Positions 23,925 through 35,477 of a stretch of DNA of 64,000 nt are shown here, piece by piece. The notes under the pieces are model-generated. The model was not told the origin of the DNA and did not search any database. It saw nothing but the letters and a program-made list of their open reading frames with translations. The stretch comes from Macrostomum lignano (Eukaryota): the NCBI GenBank assembly GCA_002269645.1, contig NIVC01000019.1, forward strand, positions 744,001-808,000, given 5' to 3'. Numbering within the stretch: position 1 is the first letter of the stretch; each line of letters starts with the position of its first letter. The position numbers and the translations under genes are program-made.

Positions 23925-24513
23925 GGCAGTGCTTATCCCCACGGTACCGTAGGAATAATTTCTGTCTTATTCCAACGGTACCGTGGGGATAATTTTCTGC
24001 TTATCCGCACGGCACACTGACGAGATAGCTGCCTATCTACATATGCCGTGGGTTCATAATTTAGTTTAGTACTTACGGTTTGAGTGCAATATAACAACAT
24101 AACTTTGCTTGGCTATTATTTTGATAGAAGTAAAGATTTAATGGCCTTTTTACGCAAAAAAACACTTTTTTGTATTTATGACGTATGATTTAAGATGAAT
24201 TGCTCTAGTAATTGTTTACAATTTAGGAACTTTTAGCAACTAGTCTAATCCCGACATCCCCGAAAAGTCCATTGCCGCTGCTTCTGTAGACTTCTTACTA
24301 GACATGTAAATTCTCAATTTGTTTGTATAGATTATTGCATTGCTTCAACAATTCACCCGTGCGGATAAGCAGAAAATTATTCCCACGGCATATGTAGAAG
24401 ATGGGGCAGCTATCTCGTCAATGTGCCGTGCGGATAAGCAGAAAATTATCCCCACGGTACCGTTGGAATAAGACAGAAATTATTCCTACGGTACCGTGGG
24501 GATAAGCACTGCC
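23925..24513. mobile_element. 589-bp MITE with about 130-bp TIRs and a 9-bp TSD
   Basis: TIR GGCAGTGCTTATCCCCACGGTACCG... (23925-24052 vs 24382-24513); perfect TSD CTCTAAAAA at 23916-23924 and 24514-24522. Confidence 0.92.
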
Positions 24514-25543
24514 CTCTAAAAATATCACACTTGATTGTTGATAGATCTTTCTTAGAAAAAATAATATAAATTTCACATTAGAGTAATTAGTAGATTCATT
24601 TTAGTTTATAGTGATTTAGTCTAGACTAGACTTTAACCACCTTAAGGCCTACTAATGCTATTAATAATAGTAAAGCTATCTATAGGCCTATCCTATGACC
24701 TAAGCTAAGTTTTATATTATTATCTTCATTAGACTAATAATAAATACTAGGTACTAGGCCTAATCTAATTTAGAACTTTTATTAATACAAATTATTTTAT
24801 CATTGAGAGGGGAAAGAGAGAAGAGAAGAAAGAAAAGGATAAAAAAATAAGGAGAAATAAGATCAAAGCAGAGGAGAGAAGAAAGAATAAAAGAAAAAGA
24901 AGAAAGTAAAGAAGAAAGAGATAAGATAAATGAGCAAAGATGAAAGACAAAAGAAGAGAAAAGGTAAGATGATATTTAAGATAAAAATTGAAACTAAGGA
25001 TAAGAAAAAAAGTTGAGTTGCTTATCATTCCATGTAGCACCTTAGACAACAAGATCAATTCTTGCTTCAAGTCAAAACTTAATTTAACACATTTATCTTT
25101 ACTCTAAAAAGATTTAGTTCAATATGACTTGTTGATATATTGAAGAATATATGCAAAAACATTTCCCAAGATAAGAATTCAGTGGGTTCAAAATCCATAG
25201 GTTTCAATAATGTGTTTTATTATATGCCTATTTAAGACCCTTTACCAAATTTTGATAGGCTTATAACTTTTATTTTGGGATACAAAGCCAAAGAAGTCTT
25301 ATTTATGGTACATCTACCATTTCTTATTTTGCAACCTAAAATTTGAACCCCAGTGATATTTATCCTAGCATTCTGGTTTTAAAATGGCATAAAGACTTTG
25401 AAAGAAACTGGGTTGAAATAGCCAATAAAGAATCTGATTTGGAGAGATGCTATTGTTTGCCAGCTTTCTTACAATTAAGATTTTTAAATAAACACTTTAT
25501 GTGCCTACTATAGAGTGAACTCAAAATCCTCAGACACTGCAGC

Positions 25544-26109
25544 ATGCCAGGCAGCAGCTCAACTTCAAGCAGCGCCGCCAACCAACAGCAGCAGCAAGCT
25601 CTGCTCAGCGGCATCACGGATCTTCGCTCCCAGTTGGAGGCGAAAATTCGGGCAGCGAAAGATCAGCTGTCGGCTCGGCAGCAGGCCACCCGCTCTGAGC
25701 AAGCAGCTCCGCCCCCGCCCCCGCCTTCGCCGCCGCCGCCGCCTCAGCGAGTTGTCAGCGCCGGCCAAGCCGAGGTCAGGCGGCAGCTGCGCAGCAAGAT
25801 CACTCGGGTTCGCTTAGACTTGGACCTGCTTCTGGCCAGGCAGAACTGCTTGCAGGAGCAGCAGAAATTGCGGCTTCTGCAACAGCAGCGGCGTCAGAAG
25901 CAGTTGCAGCAACAGCAGCAGCAGCAGCAAAAAAAGCAGCAGCCAAGGCGACAGCTGGTCAATCGAGCCAGGTCGAGTCAGGCGGCCTCCGGCAGGCTGC
26001 GCCGCGGCTCGTCCGGGAAATTCAGTCTTCACCGACGGTCGGCCGGCCAGCTGCTGAAGCGGCAGAGCAGCAGCGGCTCCGCCTCGCTGGATCCGATTCG
26101 AAGGTCCAG
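25544..26109 (+). CDS. ZC3H3: ZC3H3-like CCCH zinc-finger protein, exon 1 (Gln-rich; start uncertain)
   Basis: GC-rich open frame; donor CAG|GTGAGG in phase 2 matches exon 2. Confidence 0.7.
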
Positions 26110-26527
26110 GTGAGGCTCAGAAATTTCAAATAACTGGCTAGTGACTCCTAGCGACTCAAACGACTGTACATAATGCTTGAATGTATATAGAGACGTCTTT
26201 TAAGTTGCGAGCGCATCACGTGACTCGCTCAAAAGTCTTTGCTTAACTTTCTACTGACTTAAGTAGACTAAACAGAGTTGTTATAAATGCGAAATGCGAT
26301 TTTAATTCATCAAGTGACGCAGATGCGCTTCAGACGCAACTCAGCGATTCTACAGCGACTCCAGCATGCCTCAGATCTGACTCTACGGCCCCAGAGTCGT
26401 TATAGAAATGCAGACAATAAAACGCCTCAAATTGACTCAAGGCGACTCTTTGACGACTTTTTGGCAACTTGTTCTGAGTCAACTGCACATTATTTTTGTA
26501 TTTTCAACTCTTTATCTCTCCTACCAG

Positions 26528-26665
26528 AACTCTGGTTGCCAGGGCGAAGCTCCGGCTGCGTAAGAAGCGCATCTACTGCGTGTTCTACTGCCGCTTCGGC
26601 CACTGCCGTCGGGCCAACAACTGCATTTACCTGCACGACCCCAATATGGTGGCCATCTGTAAACG
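26528..26665 (+). CDS. ZC3H3: ZC3H3-like protein, exon 2
   Basis: RIYCVFYCRFGHCRRANNCIYLHDPNMVAICK resembles the first CCCH finger of ZC3H3; canonical splice sites, phase 2/2. Confidence 0.85.
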
Positions 26666-26831
26666 GTGAGCTGTCTGTTAGTTAGTTTTGTCTGACAGGA
26701 GGATAAATTATGCTCTCTTGGTGAAACAGGGGACAAATCATGTCTAACAGGTGATTAATCATGTCTCACAGGTAATAAATCATGTCTCACAGGTAATAAA
26801 TCATGTCTCACCCGGCCCCTGTCATTCGCAG

Positions 26832-27249
26832 TTTTCTAAAGCGCGGAGGCGCCTGTGACGCCGGTCCCAACTGCCGCCTGTCGCACTGCCTGGACCCGGC
26901 CAAGCTGCCCAGTTGCGAGTTTTACGACACCCCGGCCGGCTGCAACCGGCCAGCCTGCCCTTACCGGCATGTCCGCTACCCGGCCGGGACACCAGTCTGT
27001 CCGGATTTCCGCCTGCTCGGACACTGTCGCCGCGGAGTTCAGTGCCCGCTGAAGCACATCTGGACTAAAGAGGCCGGCCGTTTCGAGAAAGTCGACGAGG
27101 CGCCGTCGACAAAGCCTTCGGAATTGTCGAACAGCCAGCGCGGTGATAAAGCGGAGCTGGAAAAGGACGCGTCCTACATTCCAGTGCCGCGATACATTGA
27201 GGAGGACTCCGAGGGGGGCGAATTCGATGAGACTGTTGATGCCGAGTGA
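26832..27249 (+). CDS. ZC3H3: ZC3H3-like protein, exon 3
   Basis: FLKRGGACDAGPNCRLSH..LPSCEFYDTPAGCNRPACPYRH..VCPDFRLLGHCRRGVQCPLKH, three further CCCH fingers; TGA at 27247-27249. Confidence 0.85.
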
Positions 27250-27260
27250 TTTGGGCCTAG

Positions 27261-27599
27261 GGTAGATTTTGTCCAGGTGGGTAGATTGTAGTTTTGGTCC
27301 AGGTGGGTAGATTGTAGTTTCAGTCCAGGTGGGTAGATTGTAGTTTCAGTCCAGGTGGGTAGATTGTAGTTTTGGTCCAGGTGGGTAGATTGTAGTTTTG
27401 ATCCAGGTGGGTAGATTGTAGTTTTGGTCCAGGTGGGTAGATTGTAGTTTCAGTCCAGGTGGGTAGATTGTAGTTTCAGTCCAGGTGGGTAGATTGTAGT
27501 TTTGGTCCAGGTGGGTAGATTGTAGTTTCAGTCCAGGTGGGTAGATTGTAGTTTTGATCCAGGTGGGTAGATTGTAGTTTTGGTCCAGGTGGGTAGATT
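27261..27599. repeat. 26-bp tandem repeat (TCCAGGTGGGTAGATTGTAGTTTYRG)
   Basis: About 13 copies directly after the ZC3H3-like stop codon. Confidence 0.93.
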
Positions 27600-27987
27600 A
27601 GTCGGTAGTTTCGGTGAAGATTGGTACGACTACAGTGGGTATTTTTACAATCAGTAAGTACTAATTAAAATGGGTTGGGTACATTTTGGCGAAAGCAGAC
27701 TAACTGCTGAAAATTCTTCATCGTCACTGGTACGTGTACCGTCTTTTAATTTTAATGCCAGTTATAATTTTGTTGTAAAATAATTATAAATGATTATATA
27801 AGAGTGCAATGCAAAGTCTAGACTACAGTGCCCTCTAAAAGCTTTGATCTTGTAAAATGTATTGAGTAATTCTCAGATATTCCTGCTCTCTATATATAGC
27901 CTTGTCATCAGCTTTCCATATTGTAATTAATTAATTATTTGTTTTATTATTTCACTTGATATTTCATATTGCATTTCTGTCTTGTCG

Positions 27988-28316
27988 GTGTTGGCGCCCT
28001 CTGACACCCGATTAGGGCGCCCTCTGACACCCGATTAGGGCGCCCTCTGACACCCGATTAGGGCGCCCTCTGACACCCGATTAGGGCACCCTCTGACACC
28101 CGATGTTGGCGCCCTCTGACATCCGATTTTGGCGCCCTCTGACATCCGATGTTGGCGCCCTCTGACAGACTGACACCCGATGTTGGCGCCATCTGACACC
28201 CAAAGTTGGCGCCCTCTGATACCCGATTTTGGCGCCCTCTGACACCCAATGTGGGCGTCCTCTGACATCCAATGTTGGCGCCCTCTGACAGACTGACATC
28301 CGATGAGGGCGCCCTG
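27988..28316. repeat. About 23-bp tandem repeat (GGCGCCCTCTGACACCCGATTAG and variants)
   Basis: About 13 copies with length variants. Confidence 0.9.
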
Positions 28317-28597
28317 CCCTCTGTGTCTAACAGCCCCTCAAATGCCAGTTTAAGTGATTCATCATATTTTAAGTTTTTTTACTTTTGAAAAAAATGAAAT
28401 TGTGAGTATTTGTGTGGCATTATTCTGTGTACAGCTTAATGGTAGTTTATTGTAAAATAATTTGTTAGCAAACTAGAACTGCAAATAAATGTGAAGTTGG
28501 CGACCAAAAGATCTCTTGATAGTGGATATAGTTTTTTAATTTTTGTTTTTTACATCCGTAGCTTGCTAGACTTTAACTGCCGTCTACTCAATTAAAG

Positions 28598-29731
28598 CTC
28601 AAACTACAATCTGTTCAAACCAGACTCCAAACTACAATCTGCTCAAATCAGACTCCAAACTACAATCTGCTCAAATCAGACTCCAAACTACAATCTGCTC
28701 AAATCAGACTCCAAACTACATTCTGCTTAAGTCAGACTCCAAACTACAATCTGCTCAAATCAGACTCCAAACTACAATCTGCTCAAATCAGACTCCAAAC
28801 TACAATCTGCTCAAATCAGACTCCAAACTACAATCTGCTCAAATCAGACTCCAAACTACAATCTGCTCAAATCAGACTCCAAACTACAATCTGCTCAAAT
28901 CAGACTCCAAACTACTCGTACAATCTGCTCATGTCAGACTCCAAACTACATTCTGCTCAAGTCAGACTCCAAACTACATTCTGCTCAAATCACACTCCAA
29001 ACTACAATCTGTTCAAATCACACTCCAAACTACATTCTGCTCAAATCAGACTCCAAACTACAATCTGCTCAAATCAGACTCCAAACTACAATCTGCTCAA
29101 ATCAGACTCCAAACTACATTCTGCTTAAGTCAGACTCCAAACTACAATCTGCTCAAATCAGACTCCAAACTACAATCTGCTCAAATCAGACTCCAAACTA
29201 CAATCTGCTCAAATCAGACTCCAAACTACAATCTGCTCAAATCAGACTCCAAACTACAATCTGCTCAAATCAGACTCCAAACTACAATCTGCTCAAATCA
29301 GACTCCAAACTACTCGTACAATCTGCTCATGTCAGACTCCAAACTACATTCTGCTCAAGTCAGACTCCAAACTACATTCTGCTCAAATCACACTCCAAAC
29401 TACAATCTGTTCAAATCACACTCCAAACTACATTCTGCTCAAGTCAGACTCCAAACTACAATCTGCTCAAATCAGACTCCAAACTACAATCTGCTCAAAT
29501 CAGACTCCAAACTACATTCTGCTCAAGTCAGACTCCAAACTACATTCTGCTCAAATCAGACTCCAAACTACAATCTGCTCAAGTCAGACTCCAAACTACA
29601 ATCTGCTCAAATCAGACTCCAAACTACAATCTGCTCAAATCAGACTCCAAACTACAATCTGCTCAAATCAGACTCCAAACTACTCGTACAATCTGCTTAA
29701 GTCAGACTCCAAACTACAATCTGCTCAAATC
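28598..29731. repeat. 28-bp satellite (AAATCAGACTCCAAACTACAATCTGCTC) with a 398-bp higher-order period
   Basis: About 40 copies; the ACTACTCGTACAATCTGCTCATGTC variant recurs at about 28912 and 29310. Confidence 0.95.
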
Positions 29732-29753
29732 CAAATTTTACAGCTAATCTAAT

Positions 29754-30250
29754 ATGAGTTCCATCACAGCAGTTTATCATCTGCTGCTTTGGTTGGCGTT
29801 GCTTCTGCCTCAGCTGCCCGAGACTCTGGCCGGAGTGACGGACGAGGACAACAGCAGCAAGGAGACTCCGCCAGTGTACTGCGCCTGGCTGTCCTGGACC
29901 AGCTGCGAAGGCTGCCAGCACCCGGCCAGTCGCAGCCGACGCTGCCACTGCGAGTCGGTGGAATTCTACCCGCCGCATGAAAGTCGGCAGTGCGGCGCTG
30001 ACGAACGGCAGAGCGAGGACTGCTCGAAAGCCTACGCTAACAGCTCCTGCTTCTACACCTGGCCTAGCACTAGCATTGTGATGCTGGGCCTCGGCCTGCT
30101 GCTGCTCACTGCCGTGCTGCTGGCCTGCGCCAGGCTCAGGCAGTACTATGGCCGCTTCGTCTGCTGCTGCTGCAGCGGTGGCAGTAGGGATGCACGGCGC
30201 ACCGCCGGCCGGACCGATGGGGGCGTGGACAGCCGGCGCAGGACTGCCGG
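29754..30250 (+). CDS. Orphan type-I membrane protein, exon 1 (signal peptide, TSP1-like Cys domain, TM)
   Basis: Hydrophobic N-terminus; CAWLSWTSCEGC..RSRRCHC resembles a TSP1 repeat; TM IVMLGLGLLLLTAVLLACA followed by VCCCC; donor GG|GTGAGA, phase 2. Confidence 0.72.
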
Positions 30251-30367
30251 GTGAGACTGACTGTCTGTCTGTCTCTGTCTGTCAGTCAGTCAGTCTGTCA
30301 ATCGATCCATCCATCTATCTACAAGCAGCATTTTAGCGCATCAGTTCAATCCCAACCCCTCCCGCAG

Positions 30368-31241
30368 ACCTGACGCAGAGTTCCGCGATCCCGCATTCGA
30401 TTTTCCGCCTCCTTTCCACGTGGCCGTCGCTGACTGGCCGCCTGCCTACACTGTGGAGCCGCCGCCGCAGCCGATCGCAGCCTGCGCGTCTTCTGCCGAG
30501 GATTTCCCGCCGCCCTACGAGGAATCCGCGGCTCGATTCAAACTCGAAATTCGATTCGCTACGCAGCGCTGGTCGCCTGCAAGCGCGGCTTCCGCCGCCG
30601 CCGCTGCTGCCGAAGCCGCAAATGCCAGCTGCATCGACCAAATGGGGGTTGACAACGCTGTCAGCCAATCGGATTCGGTGCAGATCGATCCAGCCAGCCA
30701 ATCAGCTTCTAGGGAGGAAAACTCCGAAATTCCATCAGATGTGAAGGAGGAAAATTGTGCCATCGAATCGGATTCGAGATGTGAAAATCCTGCTAGCCAA
30801 TCGGATTTAAGTTGTGAAAATCCTGCCAGAAAATCGGATTCGAGATATGAAAATCCTGCCAGCCAATCGGAATCGAGATGTGATAATCCTGCTAGCCAAT
30901 CGGATTCGAGATGTGAAAATCCTGCCAGCCAATCGGATTCGAGATGTGAAAATCCTGCCAGCCAATCGGATTCGAGATGTGAAAATCCTGCCAGCCAATC
31001 GGATTCGAGATGTAAAAATCCTGCCAGCCAATCGGATTCGAGATGTGAAAATAGTGCCAACCAATTGGATTTCAAGGAGGAAAATCTTGTCAGCCAATCC
31101 GAATTACGGGAGGAAACCCCTGCCAGCCAATTGGATCTGAGCAGACAATCAGCGCAAGCTGGAGTATCGGAGTGCGATGCCACACCGGAACAGTCTGGCG
31201 GAGTCGAAAATGCGGCGTTCTGCAGCAAACCGGAGATCTGA
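30368..31241 (+). CDS. Orphan type-I membrane protein, exon 2 (cytoplasmic PPxY motifs and 11-aa repeats)
   Basis: Acceptor CCCGCAG|A in phase 2 is in frame with ORF 30420-31241; contains WPPAY, FPPPY and ENPASQSDSRC repeats (33 bp). Confidence 0.7.
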
Positions 31242-31956
31242 GATTCTTTTATAAACAGTGGCCTGTTGCTTTAATAACACGTGGTCAAAGCCGTTAATTT
31301 CAAAGCGTTAATTAACCTTTATTGCACCCTGACGCGATTATGTACGAACAGAACTTTTTAAGTCACCTTTTCTGTCACTGTTCTCAGAATCTTATTCTTA
31401 GTTTTGGTTTTCAGCATTAAAATTCGCGCCAGATTAAGTCCGGAAATTTACAACGATGAAATCGTTTTTTTGGCGCGAATTTGAATTGTTAAAATCAAAT
31501 TCTTAAGCACAGGTTTTGCTGATGTTTTAGCTCGTATTTTGGCAGTTTTCGACACATTCCATCGCAATATGTATCTCGCCTAGTTATTTCTATGCGACTT
31601 GGTCTCTAAAAATTTTTCTGTTGTGGTCGTATGTTTAGCTCACTACTAGTCATAGTTTTTTATAACTGAAATTCGTATCAGCGCTGTGAGTTGGTAGAGA
31701 GATTTTTCCAGAAATATATACGCTGTCTATAATATAATTGTCTATAATTTACACGGAATGCGTTTTTTCAAAGCTAAAAATATTTAAATAAAATCATGCG
31801 TTAATTTGCTACTGTCAGTAGAAATATAGAAATATAGTACTTGTTATTTATTTAAAATTCGAGAATCCGGTACGAGTCTGTTGAGATTTTGATTTATGAA
31901 AACTCGTCAGGATGGCTAACCTAATGGGATTTTAGCTGGCCACGCACTGGTCAGTC

Positions 31957-32142
31957 TCAATGAGTCGAGCCCCAATGTACTAGTACATGTAGGTAGCAGG
32001 TTTTCTGTGGAAATTCTGAGTAGGCGACCTGTTCGTTCAAATGCACAGCGGAGGCCCCGCCGTTTGCCGGTTTGTCAGCGCAGACGGCCGCAGCCAGCAC
32101 AGACACCAGAAGTACATGCAACAGCAGCAGCGATTTCTTCAT
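31957..32142 (-). CDS. Candidate small secreted peptide
   Basis: MKKSLLLLHVLLVSVLAAAVCA is a textbook signal peptide; an AG acceptor lies directly before the ATG; no family recognised; the 3' end is uncertain. Confidence 0.4.
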   Translation of the reverse strand: MKKSLLLLHVLLVSVLAAAVCADKPANGGASAVHLNEQVAYSEFPQKTCYLHVLVHWGSTH

Positions 32143-32474
32143 CTGCAGGGTCCTACTCTTGCTCAACATGGCTTGCTTTTTGAGCTGTCTCGAATCGCTC
32201 TTAGAAGTTGTGATGGAAGTTGTTGAAGACATCGAAAGTCTCCCTGTCTGCGGGTTTCGACTTGCAATTACATGTAGTTCAGTTTAAGGTGCGGATAATA
32301 ATGTCTTAATGTCTAAAGCTACTTAAGCATTAAATACATTTTCTTTTACCAGTTATATGTGCGAACATTATTACTGTATCTCATAGGAGCGTATTTAACT
32401 GTATTTATGAAATAAGGCAATTCAAGTAGAAATCTATAGGGATGTCCGGACGACAACGTTATTACCATGCTATT

Positions 32475-32770
32475 TAGCCAGATTCTCAGCTGCTGTGCCA
32501 GCCTCCCAGATCCTCAGTTGCTGGGCCAGCCTCCCAGATCCTCAGTTGCTGGGCCAGCCTCCCAGATCCTCAGTTGCTGGGCCAGCCTCCCAGATCCTCA
32601 GTTGCTGGGCCAGCCTCCCAGATCCTCAGTTGCTGGGCCAGCCTCCCAGATCCTCAGTTGCTGGGCCAGCCTCCCAGATCCTCAGTTGCTGGGCCAGCCT
32701 CCCAGATCCCTAGTTGCCTCAGTTGCTGGGCCAGACTCCCAGATCCTCATTTGCCTCAGTTGCTGGGTCA
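32475..32770. repeat. 28-bp minisatellite (GGGCCAGCCTCCCAGATCCTCAGTTGCT), same family as 60562-61308
   Basis: About 10 copies. Confidence 0.93.
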
Positions 32771-33254
32771 CCCTGCCAGATATTGGTGCGTTGCATTAAA
32801 GGAACCAGATCAAACGAGATTATTCAAATAGATTTGACGTTTGTTAAAAAAAGGTCAGACGGACGCATATTCAAATATCGGTGCGAAATGTTTTAGCATG
32901 TTTGCGCATTTTCAGTCGGACATGCACTATTTTAAACGCATGATTAACAGTTGCATTTGACACGGTGGGAAATGAAGTTAGAAAGCAAAAGTACATATTC
33001 AGAGCCAGACTGAAGCTATTGATATAAATGCGGCTTGACAATTAAATATGGGTATATTTTAGACAGACAGTCAATTATTGTTAAGTACATTTACAAGTAT
33101 AAATGCCAGATACTAAAATAATTTGTGAAGCCTCCAATTCATTGCAGAATTTTGACACGACACATGTATTATTACTACTGCCATGTCATTTTCTTTTTTC
33201 AGGAGTTCACTTACTACAACAGGAAGACATACACGAACATCCTAGCATTTCACC

Positions 33255-33870
33255 TCAACCAATCTAATCTCACATCTGATCTATCTCACCTCACCCTATC
33301 TAATCTCACATCCGATCATCTAATTTCACCCAATCTAATCTCAGATCCGATCATCTTATCTCACCCAATCTAATCTCACACTTGATCTATTTTACCTCAA
33401 CCTATCTAATCTCACAGCTAATTTATTTCACCTAACAAAATCTAATCTCACATCTGATCTGATCTATCTCATCTCACCCAATCTAATCTCATCTGATCTA
33501 TTTCATCTCACCCTATCTAATCTCACAGCTATTTAGTTCACCTAACAAAATCTAATCTCACATCTGATCTAATCTATCTCACCTCACACAATCTAATTTT
33601 CACATCCGATCATCTCATTCCACCCAATCTAATCTCAAATCTGAACTATCTCACCTCGCCTCATCCAATCTAATCTCATATCTAATCCATCTTAACTCAC
33701 TCAATCTAATTTGACAACTGATCTATCTCATCTCACCCAATCTAATCTCACATCTGAACTATCTCACCTCGCCTCACCCAATCTAATCTCATATCTGATC
33801 CATCTAAACTCACTCAATCTAATTTGACAACTGATCTATCTCATCTCACCCAATCAAATCTCACATCTTG
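33255..33870. repeat. Degenerate pentamer-based repeat (ATCTA/ATCTC/CACCC)
   Basis: Recurrent CCAATCTAATCTCACATCTGATC units. Confidence 0.75.
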
Positions 33871-34055
33871 TCTCAAAGAATCTCACCCCTTTACATCTAA
33901 TTATATATTTAATTATCTTACGTGACCTAACTTGAATGTGATTCATGGATACTTATGATTTAGATCTGAACTAACGACAATGACAAATTCTGATCAAAGG
34001 TAAAAAATTCGAGCAGATGTTTAGGTTACTAGTCGGATACTGTAAACGCGCTGAT

Positions 34056-35105
34056 TCAACAGCCGTTCATGAGCCTGCAGCCCAGCTCCAGCAGGTAGCG
34101 CTTGGCCTCGCCACTCAGCAGCATGCCGATGCGGTCGGTGTACATCAGCGGCCCGGCTCCGGCCCGGGTGCGACTTCGGCTGCTCCTGGCCACAGGCGCC
34201 GCCAACGCGTCGGCATCGGCGACGGCCGCGTGCAGCCAGGCGGTGTAGCGCAAGAAGGCCTCGATGTCCAGCGTCTCGAAGCGGCCGCCGCGCCGGCCCA
34301 GATCGCGCCGGAGTTGAACCGCCGCGTCGGTCGAGTCTGCCGTCCCGGCCCTAGCCGGCTCGGTTGCCATGGTAACGCCCAGCCGGCGCCGAGCCGCGGC
34401 AACCGAATCCGTCAGCAAGCGCCTGCCCAAACGCTCGCCTAAATCGCCGACAAAATCCACAGCGGCCTCGGCGCCGCCGGTCGGCAATTCGTCGGCGACG
34501 CCATCGGCGAGGCAGTCTGGCTGCGGCAGGCGGCGACCCCGGCGGAGACGGTCGGCCAGGCGTCCGGCGTCGGCCGCGTCGGCGAGCGCCAACAGCGAGT
34601 CGAGTCGATTATCAGGTTGGCTGGGAGAATCGAGTAGGAGAGGCTCGGCCGACAGTCGAGCTAATGGAGACCGGTCGAGCTGCTCGCCAGTGGACACGGT
34701 AAAGTCGACGGCCTGGGACTCGCTGTCTATGCTCACGGCAGGGAACAGGCGATAGTGCAGCTCGTGCAGCAGCCGGCCCAGCCTGTGGCCACAGCTGTCC
34801 GCCAGTGCCGCCGCGCCGTCCGCTTCAAGCCGCCAGCCCAGAGCGGCGGCGGCCAGCCGGGCGAATCCGGACATGGCGGCCGGAGTGGCCGGACGCAAGC
34901 GGAACAGCGGAGCGGCAGCCAGATGGTGGCCGGACCCGGCCGAGGCAGCCTGGCGACGGAGCGAGGCGGCACTGCGGACGGTGACTAAGGCGGGCTTGCG
35001 GGCGACGGAGCAGACCAGTGCCAGCAGGCGGTGGAAGCCGGCCTCGTCCTCCAGCAGGGTGTCAGCGTCGTCAAACAGCAGCAGGCAGGCATTGGTTACC
35101 GTTAC
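34056..35105 (-). CDS. ATAD5: ATAD5/ELG1 (RFC-like PCNA unloader), exon 4
   Basis: Acceptor CCAG|GTA; CLLLFDDADTLLEDEAGFHRLLALVCSVARKPALVT matches the Walker B region; open and in frame to TGA at 34056. Confidence 0.82.
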   Translation of the reverse strand, partial: VTVTNACLLLFDDADTLLEDEAGFHRLLALVCSVARKPALVTVRSAASLRRQAASAGSGHHLAAAPLFRLRPATPAAMSGFARLAAAALGWRLEADGAAALADSCGHRLGRLLHELHYRLFPAVSIDSESQAVDFTVSTGEQLDRSPLARLSAEPLLLDSPSQPDNRLDSLLALADAADAGRLADRLRRGRRLPQPDCLADGVADELPTGGAEAAVDFVGDLGERLGRRLLTDSVAAARRRLGVTMATEPARAGTADSTDAAVQLRRDLGRRGGRFETLDIEAFLRYTAWLHAAVADADALAAPVARSSRSRTRAGAGPLMYTDRIGMLLSGEAKRYLLELGCRLMNGC

Positions 35106-35194
35106 CTGGTGGCATTTTGAGTGCGTGTTTTTTACAGATAGATGGATTCTTATATAGCATGGTATTGATCTTTATAATATAGTACTGATAGCTC

Positions 35195-35405
35195 TGGAGA
35201 TTTGGGATCTGATTTTGAGGATTTTGAGATCTGATTTTGAGAATCTGGGATCTGATTCAAATTGAGGATTAATATCTGATTTTGAGGACCTGAGATCTGA
35301 TTTTGAGGATTTATATCTCATTTTAAGGATTCGGGTCCTGATTTTGACGATCTGGGATCTGGTTTTAAGGATTTGGAATCTGAATTTGAGGATTTGGGAT
35401 CTGGG
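35195..35405. repeat. Degenerate, about 21-bp intronic repeat (GATCTGATTTTGAGGATTT)
   Basis: Recurring units in ATAD5 intron 3. Confidence 0.7.
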
Positions 35406-35477
35406 AGTCTCAAAGAGCTTAGTGAAGCTTAAAAGATAAGAACTCCAAAGCAAGCCAGAACGGTTTTACCAACTTAC

